A stretch of 64,000 nt of DNA from contig NC_043001.1 of assembly GCF_006345805.1 (NCBI RefSeq), forward strand, positions 128,588,001-128,652,000. Direction: 5' to 3'. The translations under genes were made by a program, and so were the position numbers. Below, in pieces: positions 36,590 through 48,402 of the stretch (the first letter of the stretch is position 1; every line of letters starts with the position of its first letter). Source of the stretch: Octopus sinensis (lineage: Eukaryota). Under the pieces are notes generated by a model. The model made no database searches, was not told the DNA's origin, and worked only from the letters and a program-made list of their open reading frames with translations.

Positions 36590-36972
36590 CGCAGGAGTGG
36601 CTGTGTGGAAAGTAGCTTGCTTACCAGCCACATGGTTACAGGTTCAGTCCCACTGCATGGCACCTTGGGCTAATGTCTTCTACTATAGCCTCAGGCTAAC
36701 CAAAGCCTTGTGAGTGGATTTGGTAGACGGAAACTGAAAGAAGCCCATGAATATATATATATATATCTATATGTTTGTGTGTCTGTGTTTGTCCCTCCAT
36801 CATCACTTGATAACCGATGCTGGTGTGTTTACGTCCCCATAACTTAGCGGTTCAGCAAAAGAGATCGATTGAATACGTACTAGGCTTACAAAGAATAAGT
36901 CCTGGAGTCGATTTGCTCAACTAAAGGCAGTGCTCCAGCAAGGCTGCAGTCGAATGACTGAAACAAAAGAGC
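36590..36972 (+). mobile_element. SINE family B
   Basis: Homologous to 1893-2293. Confidence 0.83.
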
Positions 36973-37290
36973 AAACGAGCAATTCGTGACACTCGGGTTG
37001 CGTGCAATTCTGTTTGACTTTTTATGTGGCACAGGCGCAGGTATGGCTGAGTAGTGAAAAGTTTGCTTCCCAGCTATATAGTTCCAGTTTTAGTCACACT
37101 GTATCTTCTATTAAGGGCAAATGACTTCTACTATGGCCTCAGGCCTACCAAAGTCTTGTGAGTGGATCTGGAAGACAAAAACTGAAAGAAACCCATTATG
37201 TGTGTGTGTGTGTCTTTGCATCTGTGTTTGTTCCCCCACTATGGTGTTGGTATGTTTACATCCCTGTAACTTAGTGGTTTGGCAAATATA

Positions 37291-37790
37291 AAAATAATAA
37301 TGGAATTATTGTATACAGTGCTCAGGTGCACCACAACTTGTCAGAAAGTGCGTATAAAGTATATGCAGTAATGTACAAATGTCTGGAAAGCGAACAATGT
37401 ATGAGTCAGATACATGCTTGTGTGTGTATGGAGGGGAGAAAATCAGGTGTAGTGTTGGCGAATCTCAGAAAGCATGGAAGTTTTGAAGGATGCAGTGCTC
37501 CGACAACTAACAACTGATGCCGGCAGTTTGTTCCATGCTTCAGCAACTCTTAGTGTGAAAAAATGTTTCCTAAAGTCATGGGAGCTGTGGACATATTTAC
37601 AAAGTCAGGAGCTGTGCTGTTTTCTGGCTTTGTAAATATGTCCACTGGTGTTAGACGGGTGGAGTTTGCAAAGGTGCTCAGAGTTATTGTTTGTAAGATG
37701 GTTGATAATTTTATGGGTGTCTGCCAAGTCAGCTGCCAGACGTCGGAGTTTCAATGTGTCCATGCCCAGGGAAGTAAGGCGTTCAGAATA
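37291..37790 (-). mobile_element. CR1-clade LINE 3' fragment, (ATT)n-tail family, inside a SINE B copy
   Basis: ORF 37605..37820: YLPYSERLTSLGMDTLKLRRLAADL... Flanked by tggcaaatata at 37280-37290 and 37791-37801 (TSD or microhomology). Confidence 0.9.
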
Positions 37791-38081
37791 TGGCAAATAT
37801 ATATCAATAGAATATATCAATAGAATAAATACTAGGCTTCATAGAAAAAAGTAAATACTGGGATTGAATCATTTTACTAAAGTTCTTTAAGGTGTTGCCT
37901 TAAACAAGTAAAATCTTCCAGTCCAACTTTATTTTGAACAATTCACTCATGCTTTCTCCTGATCAAATTTGTGTAATTTGTTTTGTACAGTTTACACTAT
38001 ATAGTATGTATCATCATCATTGACCTCATCGTATTTACATCTGCTTTCCTTGCTGATGTATATTGGGCAGGTTGTCACAAT

Positions 38082-38668
38082 CTGCATCCTTCAAAACTTC
38101 CATGCTTTCTGAGATTCGCCAACACTACACCTGACTTTCTCCCCTCCATACACACACAAGCATGTATCTGACTCACACATTGTTCACTTTCCAGACATTT
38201 GTATGCACTATCCGAATCGTGGCCGATGCCAGCGCCGCCTCGACTGGCTTCCGTGTTGGTGGCACGTAAAAAAGCACCATCCGAATCGTGGCCGAAGCCA
38301 GTGCCGCCTTGACTGGCTTCCGTGCAGGTGGAACGTAAAATGCACCAATCCGACCGTGGCCGATGCCAGCCTTGCCTGGCACCAGTGCAGGTGGCACGTA
38401 AAAAGCACCCACTACACTCACGGAGTGGTTGGCGTTAGGAAGGGCATCCAGCTGTAGAAATATTGCCAGATAAGACCGGAACCTGGTGCAGCCTTCGGGC
38501 TTCCCAGATCCCCGGTCGAACTGTCCAACCCATGCTAGCATGGAGAACGGACGTTAAACGATGATGATGATGATGATGATGCATATACTTTATACGCACT
38601 TTCTGACAAGTTGTGGTGTACCTGAGCACTGTATACAATAATTTCATTATTATTATTATCATTATTAT
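38082..38668 (+). mobile_element. CR1 (ATT)n-family 3'UTR fragment split by a family D insertion (38206-38580)
   Basis: Same 3'UTR as at 23300-23517, interrupted in the middle. Confidence 0.8.
38206..38580 (+). mobile_element. Family D repeat (three internal units), inside a CR1 3'UTR
   Basis: Homology by inspection. Confidence 0.87.
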
Positions 38669-38875
38669 TATCTGAGTCAGTTCTTATTTATTTAGAGTTC
38701 CTACCCACCTAGAGGGGTCGGAGAACCACATTTTGCTTCTTGTTCACTTCCTCTTTGTGTTTCTCATGTTCATTCCTCTTTTCTCCGTTTGATCCCTTTA
38801 TTTATTTTTCTGCATTTCGTTCTTTATTTCCTTCTTTTTCTAATTTTCTTCCTATTTTTTTTTCTCTCTCTCCAG

Positions 38876-39748
38876 AAATTAATGACATTGCTGTGATAGA
38901 AAATGAAATGTACATTTTCTACCGGGGTTCAGAAATCAAGAAATTGTCGCTAATGACAGTCACTAACTGTATTTCATGGTTACAAGGCAAGCAGCGGCAC
39001 AAACTTTCTGAAGACCTAAGACTAGAATTCATGATCTCATTATCCTCTTCCCCACAGTCTTTGAATGAAACAGGTGTGTCAAATTACCAGGAACTTGGTA
39101 AAAGCGTGGCAGGTTCATTCTTGCAGAATAAAATCATACCAAAAGACATGGCTGTGACTACAAGATTATCTGCATTGCCATCATACTTAAATAGACCCAA
39201 AGAAAAGGTGGATGAAAACAGTGAATTTCCAAAAGAAAAGTCTGAGGCTAAGACCAACCTTGATTCTTGTATTTCCACTTCAGCACCATTCCAAAAGGAC
39301 TCTAACTGTTTGCAGTCTGACCGTCTTTCCTTATTCTTAAATCAAAATGGTGTTCAGCCTTATATTGAGAATCATAAATCACCATCAGAATTCTTTGAGA
39401 ATTCAATGCAACAGATCTTAATTGAGAATGAGGAATGTGACAAAAACTCCATCCTAACTTCTCCAGAAAACTGTGAAGAACCTTTGGAGAATTTGTATGA
39501 CCAGGAGATATTACACACGCATGATTCTGGGTCTCTGTATCGGAACTTGTTATCAGAGGTAACCTCTTCCAGTGGCAGGTCCACTCCCAGGCCAGTTGCC
39601 ATTCCACGGCCACGCCCCCTCAATCCATCGTCCATTAACAATGTATTGCTGTCCCCTTCAGTCTACGCAATGCTTAATTATACAAACATTACCAAGTATG
39701 AATCTCTAGATCAGGTTGGCGAAACAGAAGAAGGATCTCCTACTGTTG
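38876..39748 (+). CDS. HPS5: HPS5 exon, 873 nt (EINDIAVIENEMYIFYRG...GSPTV)
   Basis: ctctctccag acceptor, G/gtatga donor, lies in ORF 38740..39780. Start comparable to human DIQDVAVCRNELFCL, then Ser/Glu/Asn-rich sequence. Confidence 0.9.
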
Positions 39749-40940
39749 GTATGAAGATTTTTCCGTTTTATTTTCATTAAATTCTTTTCTTCTTCTTCTT
39801 CCACTGCTTTCATAGATTCCCATGACTCTCTGTCACCATCCAATTCTCTTATTACGAATTTGAATTAGGAGCTTCAGTCATAGTGAATCTTTTATTAACT
39901 GATTACACAACCATGGACACCACTCCAATGGATGTGTTTCAGCTACACCCTTGATGGAGCTTGATGATCCTCACTGTTGATTTTTTTAGGATTCCTCCAT
40001 TCAGCATCAATGTAAGAAGCACATTGACTAAGCTGAGCTCTTCCACTACCTCTTTACAATCCACCATGCTACAGTCCCATGACCTTGCCATATCCCTGGC
40101 AGGGTGGCTGAATGGTTGCTATGCCTTGCCATAGGGCAGCCCATAACTCATTCTATGAGATATTTTCCAATACTCACATACCCAATTTAAATTCCTACTC
40201 CTCATTATTACTAGCAATCATTATTATCAAGGGCTGCTAATTGGTAGAATCATTGGAATATTGGTCAAAATATCTTGCAGTATTTCTTCCAACCCCATAC
40301 ATGCTGATTTTAAATCATATCAAGGTCTATTTTGCCTTACATTCTTCCAGGGTTGATAAAATAAGGTATAAACCAACTTTTGGGGTCAATTTAGTTGATT
40401 GATCTCTTGTGCTTATGTTAAAAATTTAAGTTATAGATTGGCAGAATTGTTAAAGCTTGAGACAAAATACCTTGTAGTATTTGTTCTGGCTCTATACATT
40501 CAGAGTTCAAATCTCACTGAGCTTAATTTTGACTTTCATCTTTCCAAAGTTGATGAAATAAGGTACCAGCCAGGTATTGTGGTTGATGATATTGTTTGAT
40601 CCCCTCTCTGGAAATTGCTGTCTTTATCCATACACATCACATGACCATACCAATGCAGTCTTCTCTTGCACACTATATGCATTGCACTTTATACCCAATT
40701 TTCCTCTCAACATGTTTACACTTCAGGTGCCACATCATGCTTATTTCAATTTCAAGGTCTTTATATTTGGCAAGTTTATCATATTCCTGAGCAGGTACAT
40801 TTTTGTCAGATGGTATTGCCATATCTATAAATAGCCAAAATTATGATAGAAAACAAAGTCTAAGATGACATCCATAGTCAATGCTTTGAGATTACATATT
40901 CTTGCTATAACTACATCTGTCCTTTTTTCTCCACCAACAG

Positions 40941-41204
40941 ATGCTATTTTACCCAAAGGAGATGAAAATAAGAGTGTACGGAAGGTATTCAAGAAAAAGA
41001 AACCTACCATTGTACAGCTTGATGCACCCAGCTCTAAATCAAAAGCTGATCGTTCAAAGAAATGGAAAGTGTCCAAATTGTTAAGTTCTGGTTCCACAGC
41101 TGAGGACAAAGCTGACAAAGGGGAAAAGTTGGAACGTCCAGTCATAGTGGAGAGTTCCTCAAGAGATTGTCTTTCTGATTCCTCAGAAATGACACAATCA
41201 GCAG
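40941..41204 (+). CDS. HPS5: HPS5 exon, 264 nt (DAILPKGDENKSVRKVFKKKK...SEMTQSA), Lys/Ser-rich
   Basis: ccaccaacag acceptor, G/gttagt donor, phase 1 to 1, lies in ORF 40865..41209. Confidence 0.85.
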
Positions 41205-42211
41205 GTTAGTGTCTAGATTGTTTAGTATGCTATTCATTGTATGATACTGTAATGTCTAGTCTAACATCCGTTCTGTTTGACTCACACTTTTTGAAATTTT
41301 AAGATTAAGTGAAAAATTTCAAATTTGGTGTATTGATGTAATTTTTCATGCTGAATCTGTTGTTACTATTCACTTGTTCCAGAAAAAAAATTTAGAAAAA
41401 TATTACATTGTTTAATCATTTTTACCCAATCAGAAAATGTGTTTTGGAAAGCTGGCATTTTCTGCATGATAGCTGTCTATGACAATATGACATCATTAGA
41501 CAAAAACATTATGATGATGATGACAATGAAAGTTGTAATAGGTTTTAATGAATAAAGTCATGTGAAATGTTGGAATAGGCATATAAACAATATAACAAGG
41601 AAAGGTAGTGACACAACAGCAACAGACAGGTAAAACACATATGGTGGGAAAGCAGACTATACTTTGGTTTGTTACTATGGAAACAGGCACTAATATGTCT
41701 GTGGCTTTTGATTGGCTAAAATTACCTAAAATTTACAAAAATTTAAAGCTAGTCATTTTTTTATTTAATAATTTATGGTAAAATGAATTTCTTTTCCATC
41801 ATTTGCTGCTCAACCACACTATAGCTCTGACAAATGTGTGTGTGTGAATATGTTATCTATTACTTGGAAAAATAAATAAGGTTAAGTGTTAAGAAAGATA
41901 AGCTTTGAAAAAGGGACTAAAATGAAAGTAAGAAAGAAAAATGAAAATATATATATATATCTTTTATTAAACTTTTAATACTTTTTGATATTTATATAAT
42001 TTTTTAAAATAAATAAATAAATAAAATAATATAAAAATATACATAAATATATATATATATTATATATATATATTTAAAATTTATAAGTTTAAATTATTTA
42101 AATAATTATTAAATTTTAACTTTTATATTTTTTTAATTAATTGTATTTCTATGTATTGGTTTATGATTTTCACTGTTTGATTTGCCTAATAGTGGTTTTA
42201 TCTCTAATTTA

Positions 42212-42252
<41 letters not shown>

Positions 42253-42692
42253 GTTACGCAAATGATATTTTGAAAACAAAAGAGTTTAGTCTCCAGTTTC
42301 ATGTGTGTGTGAGTGTGTGTGTGAAACTGTTAAAGTAAATATTATTTATGATAAAAATTTGCACAATGACTTCAGAATAAAACCTTCCACTACAGTTTGT
42401 CTGCATTTATTATCTCTGTCTCCCACTCCGTATGTTGTTTTAGTTTTTCATTGCCAACATGACCCGACCAACAGGATAGACATCGTTTTATTATATGTTA
42501 GATGATATATATATGTGTGTGTGTGTGAAATTAAATATCTTAAATATTTAAGTATTGTCTACTTCTGCTTGAAACAATGTTTTTGTACAACAACTGGCAA
42601 CATGATTTGACATTGGGGTTGACTATTGTCTGATCTTTTTTTTAATGTCTTCTGTTTGCTTCATTGAATCAAGTGATATATCCTTTAAACAG

Positions 42693-43080
42693 TGGAGGCG
42701 CAATGGCCCAGTGGTTAGGGTAGCGGACTCGCGGTCATAGGATCGCGGTTTCGATTCCCAGACCGGGCGTTGTGAGTGTTTATTGAGCGAAAACACCTAA
42801 AAGCTCCACGAGGCTCCAGCAGGGGATGGTGGTGATCCCTGCTGTACTCTTTCACCACAACTTTCTCTCACTCTTACTTCCTGTTTCTGTTGTACCTGTA
42901 TTTCAAAGGGCCTGCCTTGTCACTCTCTGTGTCACGTTGAATGTCCCCGAGAACTACGTTAAGAGTGCACGTGTCTGTGGAGTGCTCAGCCACTTACACG
43001 TTAATTTCACAAGCAGGCTGTTCCGTTGATTCGGATCAACCGGAACCCTCATCGTCGTAATCGACGGAGTGCTTCCAACA
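42693..43080 (+). mobile_element. SINE family A, tail type A1
   Basis: TSD atatcctttaaacag on both sides. Confidence 0.88.
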
Positions 43081-43747
43081 AAAAATATCCTTTAAACAGC
43101 TTTCTTTTCTTCTACTTTTATTTTTTTATTAAACAGTTACCAAATTTATTGAAATAAGTGAACACAGAAAAAAACAAACAAACCCCCCAAAAGTTAATAT
43201 AAACAATTACAATAACAATTTTATTTTCTACCTCTTATTCTTTGTCATCTGATGCTGTCAGAAGTTACATTATTTGTGTGCCTATGCATGAATGTGCAAA
43301 TGTGTGTGTGTGTGTGTGTTTGTGAATTTCTATCATTACTGAATTTTATTTTCAAATTTTTGTTTGTTTATTTGGAAACAACAAAAAATTGCAGTTTATT
43401 TTTATCAAAACACCTGCTGCTCCAGTAGTTGATATGCCATTTCATTCACCTTATATTTTTATACTTATCATTTCAATCACTCCCTTCACTCCCTTTGTCA
43501 TTTTATATCCATTCCACCTGCTTGACCAACATTAAACACTGCATTTTATTACAAGATATGTGCCTCTATGTGTGTGTGTGTGTGTGTGTGTGTATGAAAT
43601 TGATAAATATAATTTACTATGAAAATTTAGTTTCATTTTGATTAAAAGACTGGTGACTTCAGTGCTCAATACAGTTCATCTGCATATTTTTTATTTTATC
43701 TATTTAAAAAAAAATTTTTTTGTTTGTTTTCAAATTTATTTTTTCAG

Positions 43748-44189
43748 ACAATTCTGCAATGGAGAGTTCAGTTGTTTCAAGTGACTCAAAAGTTTCTGGA
43801 AGCTCTTCCAAAGAAGAAACACCTCACTCAACCGTTCTTAGTCAGATTAGCAATCGGTCTGAAAGGCTGAATTCCAAAGCAAATACTGTTGCCTATAATG
43901 CAGTGCCAGACAGTTTGAGTACAGCAAAGACATCTTCAGATGAAGGAACGCCATTGAAATCGGTCTCCGACAGCAACAGCAACAGCAGTAGCAGTGGTGT
44001 CTTAATGACCAACAGGCTCGAAAGAATCGCTGCTACTGTCGGGGAAGTCAAGCATGAAATGAAGCAGTATAATAACAACTCTATGTCGGAGCCTGGCATT
44101 GCACCTTTAGAAAGTTCAACTGGAATGTTTGATGACACTGAACTTTCTTTGACCTCGGCCAAAATGAATTTAATGTCCATTAAAGATAG
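43748..44189 (+). CDS. HPS5: HPS5 exon, 442 nt (DNSAMESSVVSS...MNLMSIKD-S), Ser-rich
   Basis: ttttcag acceptor, AG/gtacgt donor, phase 1 to 2, lies in ORF 43720..44211. Confidence 0.87.
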
Positions 44190-44217
44190 GTACGTATATC
44201 ATTTTGATTGATTAGGT

Positions 44218-44428
44218 CAGTGTTTCGCAACCATCTTTTACCTGTGGCTTCTTTTGATTCCTGTTTTTACTCTTCTGGAACCCTCATATCGGTTCAATGT
44301 TTTAAAAATATCCTCTTATAGTTTTATAATTAGATATTATTTGGAATTGTATAAAAAAACATTGTTGAAATATTTTGTCTGTTGTAAAAGTGTAACCAAT
44401 TTATTACACATAAGTTTTATATGCATAC

Positions 44429-44465
<37 letters not shown>

Positions 44466-44639
44466 TATATATATATTTATATATATATTTATATTTATAT
44501 TTATAAATATATAGTGTGAGAGAGAGAGAGGTCTGTGAGTTATCTAAAGTTATAGTAGTAAATACTGGAATTTTTTTCTCCTTTCACAATATTTTACATG
44601 GACCCTCAAGGGTCATATGGATCTGGTTGAGAACCACTA
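44218..44639. mobile_element. hAT-like MITE starting 28 nt after an HPS5 donor site
   Basis: cagtgtttcgcaacc ... ggttgagaaccacta, with a perfect 8-bp TSD gattaggt (44210-17, 44640-47). Confidence 0.8.
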
Positions 44640-44964
44640 GATTAGGTTGTAATGCTGTGGTAGACACATTTAGCAAATAAGCACCGAAGGTACTGATTAG
44701 ATTGTCTTGGGTGTGAAGCTGTCTCCATGATGCTAAATAGAGACGTGAGGGTGTCATTTAGCTACCAAGAAAACTTAACATCATAGTTGAATAAACTGAT
44801 GGCAATTGGACCTGTAATGTCAAGATGAATGCTGATTATGTTTTCAAGTTTGGTAGTGGAAGTAGATCGGAAACATCATCCAGCTCTACAAACATAAACA
44901 AATCTGTTGGTAAATATAACATTTTAAAGACTTTAAGTCAGTTTTCTAAATAATGTTAATTTTT

Positions 44965-45268
44965 GTCGGTGGCACGTAAAAAGCACCATCCGAATTGTGG
45001 CCGAAGCCAGTGCCGCCTCGACTGGGACGTAAAATGCACCAATCCGACCGTGGCCGATGCCAGCCTCGCCTGGCACCAGTGCAGGTGGCACGTAAAAAGC
45101 ACCCACTACACTCGCGGAGTGGTTGGCGTTAGGAAGGGCATCCAGCTGTAGAAACATTGCCAGATAAGACCGGAGCCTGGTGCAGCCTTCTGGCTTCCCA
45201 GATCCCCGGTCAAACCATCCAACCCATGCTAGCATGGAAAGTGGACGTTAAACGATGATGATGATGAT
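44965..45268 (+). mobile_element. Family D repeat
   Basis: Closely similar to 38206-38580. Confidence 0.87.
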
Positions 45269-45439
45269 TATCTAGGCTGGCCATTGCTCACAATCAAGCA
45301 TGATTTGGTAGCAACATTCACAGTGTCTTCACTCCACTTTTACTCATGCGCAAACACAGTCACACTCCTGACCCTTACTTCCTTGCTCCCGTGAATATGA
45401 AGAACATGATAACTAAAAGGAGATAGAGCTATATTTACA

Positions 45440-45825
45440 GGTACTTACTTGTACTTGTGGCGACATTCACCCTGGACGGGTTGAGTCGGCTTCTTCTACC
45501 CATGGAAGAAGTTTCGTGGGAATATGTGGATTTCACAAGCGGTCCCCATCAATCCCGCATGTAGAGACATCCTGTTTGCCGGAGATTGTCCGCAGACGCA
45601 GGGACAGAACGACCGAGGAGCCGCCGGTTGCCGAAGCAGACACTCCGAGGATTTTCACCAGAGCCCCGTCTGCCGGGTTGTGGCCCTAATACCACTCGGT
45701 GTCAGACCAATCTGCCTTGGGTGGCCCTACCAGGAACCGAAGTTCCCGACGGCATAGCTCTGACACTACCCGTTGCCAGCGTCCCCACCACGGTGAGGAG
45801 GGGATGGACTTTGGGGATGCAAACT
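45440..45825 (-). mobile_element. Short GC-rich bipartite RTE-derived element (5'UTR-like part plus LINE 3' end, (CAAGTA) tail)
   Basis: Reverse complement starts ...cccctcctcaccgtggtgggg...agagctatgccg...cctggtagggccacccaaggcag, resembling RTE 5'UTRs as recalled, and ends gtcgccacaagtacaagtaagta. No coding RT. Confidence 0.6.
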
Positions 45826-45841
45826 TAGAGTAGCAAGAGAC

Positions 45842-45933
<92 letters not shown>

Positions 45934-45974
45934 GAACAATCTTACTTAGAAATGGATGTGTGCGTTCCGTCATG

Positions 45975-46391
45975 TAATAAATTAATAAATAGAACATATG
46001 CATATATACATACATATATGTATGTACCTACATCTACATGTATATATACATGCATATATGGGTACAGGACACCAAAAAAAAACGTCGAACACAATGAGAA
46101 ACGAAAACATAAACACAAAAACAAGGAACTGGACATTTCTTTTAAACAATGAAAAAATAGAGTACAGGACATACAAAACAAGGAAATGGACATTTCTTTT
46201 AAACAACGTACTCTGTTTTTTCATTGTTTAAAAGAAATGTCCATTTCCTTGTTTTTGTGTTTATGTTTTTGTTTCTCATTGTGTTTGACGTTTTTTTGGT
46301 GTCCTGTACCCATATATGCATGTATATATACATGTAGAGGTAGGTACGTACATATATGTATGTATATATGCATATGTTTTATTTATTAATT

Positions 46392-46396
<5 letters not shown>
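45975..46396. repeat. Long inverted repeat (about 190-bp arms, 42-nt spacer)
   Basis: taataaattaataaatagaacatatg...agagtac (45975-46165) mirrors gtactctg...catatgttttatttattaatttatta (46208-46396). Confidence 0.92.
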
Positions 46397-46427
<31 letters not shown>

Positions 46428-47628
46428 TCACACACACTATAAACTGATATTTGCTTATTGTGGCTTTAAATTACCCTAAAATCTGCATTCATCACACACA
46501 TTCATGCTATCTGTGATAGACTTGGCTGTCAACACTTTGCCATATTGTATATGTAACAGCTGGCTAGCATGTAAATAAGTTAATGAGTTCTATGGAGAAT
46601 CATCGTAATAAAAATAGCAACAATAAGAATTTATAATTCATAAAAAGAGTTACTGAAAAATATGAGTTGTTTCTAAATATTGGCTAATTTACAATTATAA
46701 AATATTAAGAAAATACAGTAGCTAAAAGGAATGTAATACTGTGAAAGGAGAAAAAAATTCCAGTATTTACTACTATAACTTTAGATAACTCACAGACCTC
46801 TCTCTCTTTCTCTCACTATATATATCTGAAACTATTCTTTCGCTTATATACATGCATACATACATACGTATATATATTGGATTTTACTCATAAGGTATTG
46901 GAATCTTATATGTATACCATTCTGCCTAAATAATAGATCTACAGATACTATATCACTGCATATCTCACATCTATTTTCATTCCTCCACCTCACTCTCTAT
47001 TTCGTATCTTATCTAAATTAATTATTGCTTAATCATCTTCTCACACCGTCTCCATTGAAAGGATATAATAAATATCCTAGAAACAGCTGTAAGACCTTCT
47101 ATTTATAAATGTTCTAATATTACACACCCTTGGTTTTTTATCTCATTACGAAAAAAAAATTTTATATACACACGCTGAGTTGGACCCCTTATTTGCATAA
47201 TCACCAAACCTGGAACTTAACTATGGCCTATCCATAGTACACACACACACACACACACACACATATTAGCACTGCTAAGCTTTATTATTTCAGTAAGTCT
47301 TCAAAATCTTTCTAACAGGTAAATACAAAATATGTTCCAAAATTTAGATTTTGATTTTTGTTTTAATTATAAAATTACATCTCTCAACAGCTAAAAGCAC
47401 TTTTGGGGGCTTTAAAATTATTGCATATATGTTCAAATATATTTTTTTTAGATCTAACCATTTTCTTCAGGCAAAATAGTAAACTGGGGCAAAATGAGTA
47501 ATTTCTGATATCTTGTTATTTTTCTCCTATATCACAAAGCAAACATAACAAAAATACAAAAAACATCATGACGATGTAATGATAGTATTAGTAGTAATAT
47601 CAAAGTAAATATCTGTTTATTTTTTTAG

Positions 47629-47746
47629 TTTATCAAGTAGAACAAAGTCTTTCATCAAAAGTATCTCCAGATCTAGCATCCTGTCCCGAGGAGACCAATT
47701 AGTGAATGTCCTAAAGAAAAAGTTACCTGAGATTGGTGATGGAAAG
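47629..47746 (+). CDS. HPS5: HPS5 exon, 118 nt (LSSRTKSFIKSISRSSILSRGDQLVNVLKKKLPEIGDGK)
   Basis: ttttttag acceptor, AAG/gtaagt donor, phase 2 to 0, open frame. Confidence 0.85.
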
Positions 47747-47987
47747 GTAAGTGGTTTATTATTCTCATTCGTCTATCCATATATGGATGATGATCATGTC
47801 ATTATTTATGAATGTGTCCAGAAGTTACTGAAAAGTCCCTTTTCTTTTATCAATGTACCAACAGCTCTAGACTGTCTTGGTCCCTTCTTTTGCTCAACTT
47901 GCCTCCTCAGATGTTATGAAAACTTTTTGTTTGGTGTGGCTTATTATAAGTTCCTTGTTACACAGAGTTGGTTTACCTGAGAGTATA

Positions 47988-48402
47988 GGATCTTCTCAGT
48001 TTGAACGGCAGTTTTTTCTAGCGGTGTCATATGAAATTGTCACCCATAATTATGACCCTAGTATCGATCTATTGCATTTCAATCTGTTTTAGGGTTAGGG
48101 TTAGTTAGGGGAGGGGGGAAGGGTATCTTTTTTTTCTTCACAAATGTAAATAAACCCAATCTGTTTCTTAAATGAAGGACATATTCATATGGCACAGAAT
48201 GTTTTTTTACCTCAATGGACGTCAGTGATTGGTTGAAATTGAAGAAAAACAAACAACAAATATCTTACAAACTATAGAATTTTCTCAATAAAGACAAGAG
48301 AAAAAGATGTTTTATAAACACATTCTACCAGTATACGAAGTTTAAAATCTTGTAGTTACCTAGAAATTATATTAAAAACTGCCGTTTAAACCGAAAAGAT
48401 CC
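47988..48402. mobile_element. Merlin-like MITE with an internal (TTAGGG) tract
   Basis: About 29-bp TIRs GGATCTTCTCAGTTTGAACGGCAGTTTTT / AAAAACTGCCGTTTAAACCGAAAAGATCC, 8-bp TSD agagtata (47980-87, 48403-10). A terminal GG with an 8-bp TSD fits Merlin. Confidence 0.75.

Noticed and set aside
39084-39641. Antisense ORFs opposite the large HPS5 exons (also 43893-44180 and 53129-54360)
   Set aside because: Shadow frames of Ser/Glu-rich coding sequence with no independent splice or homology support.
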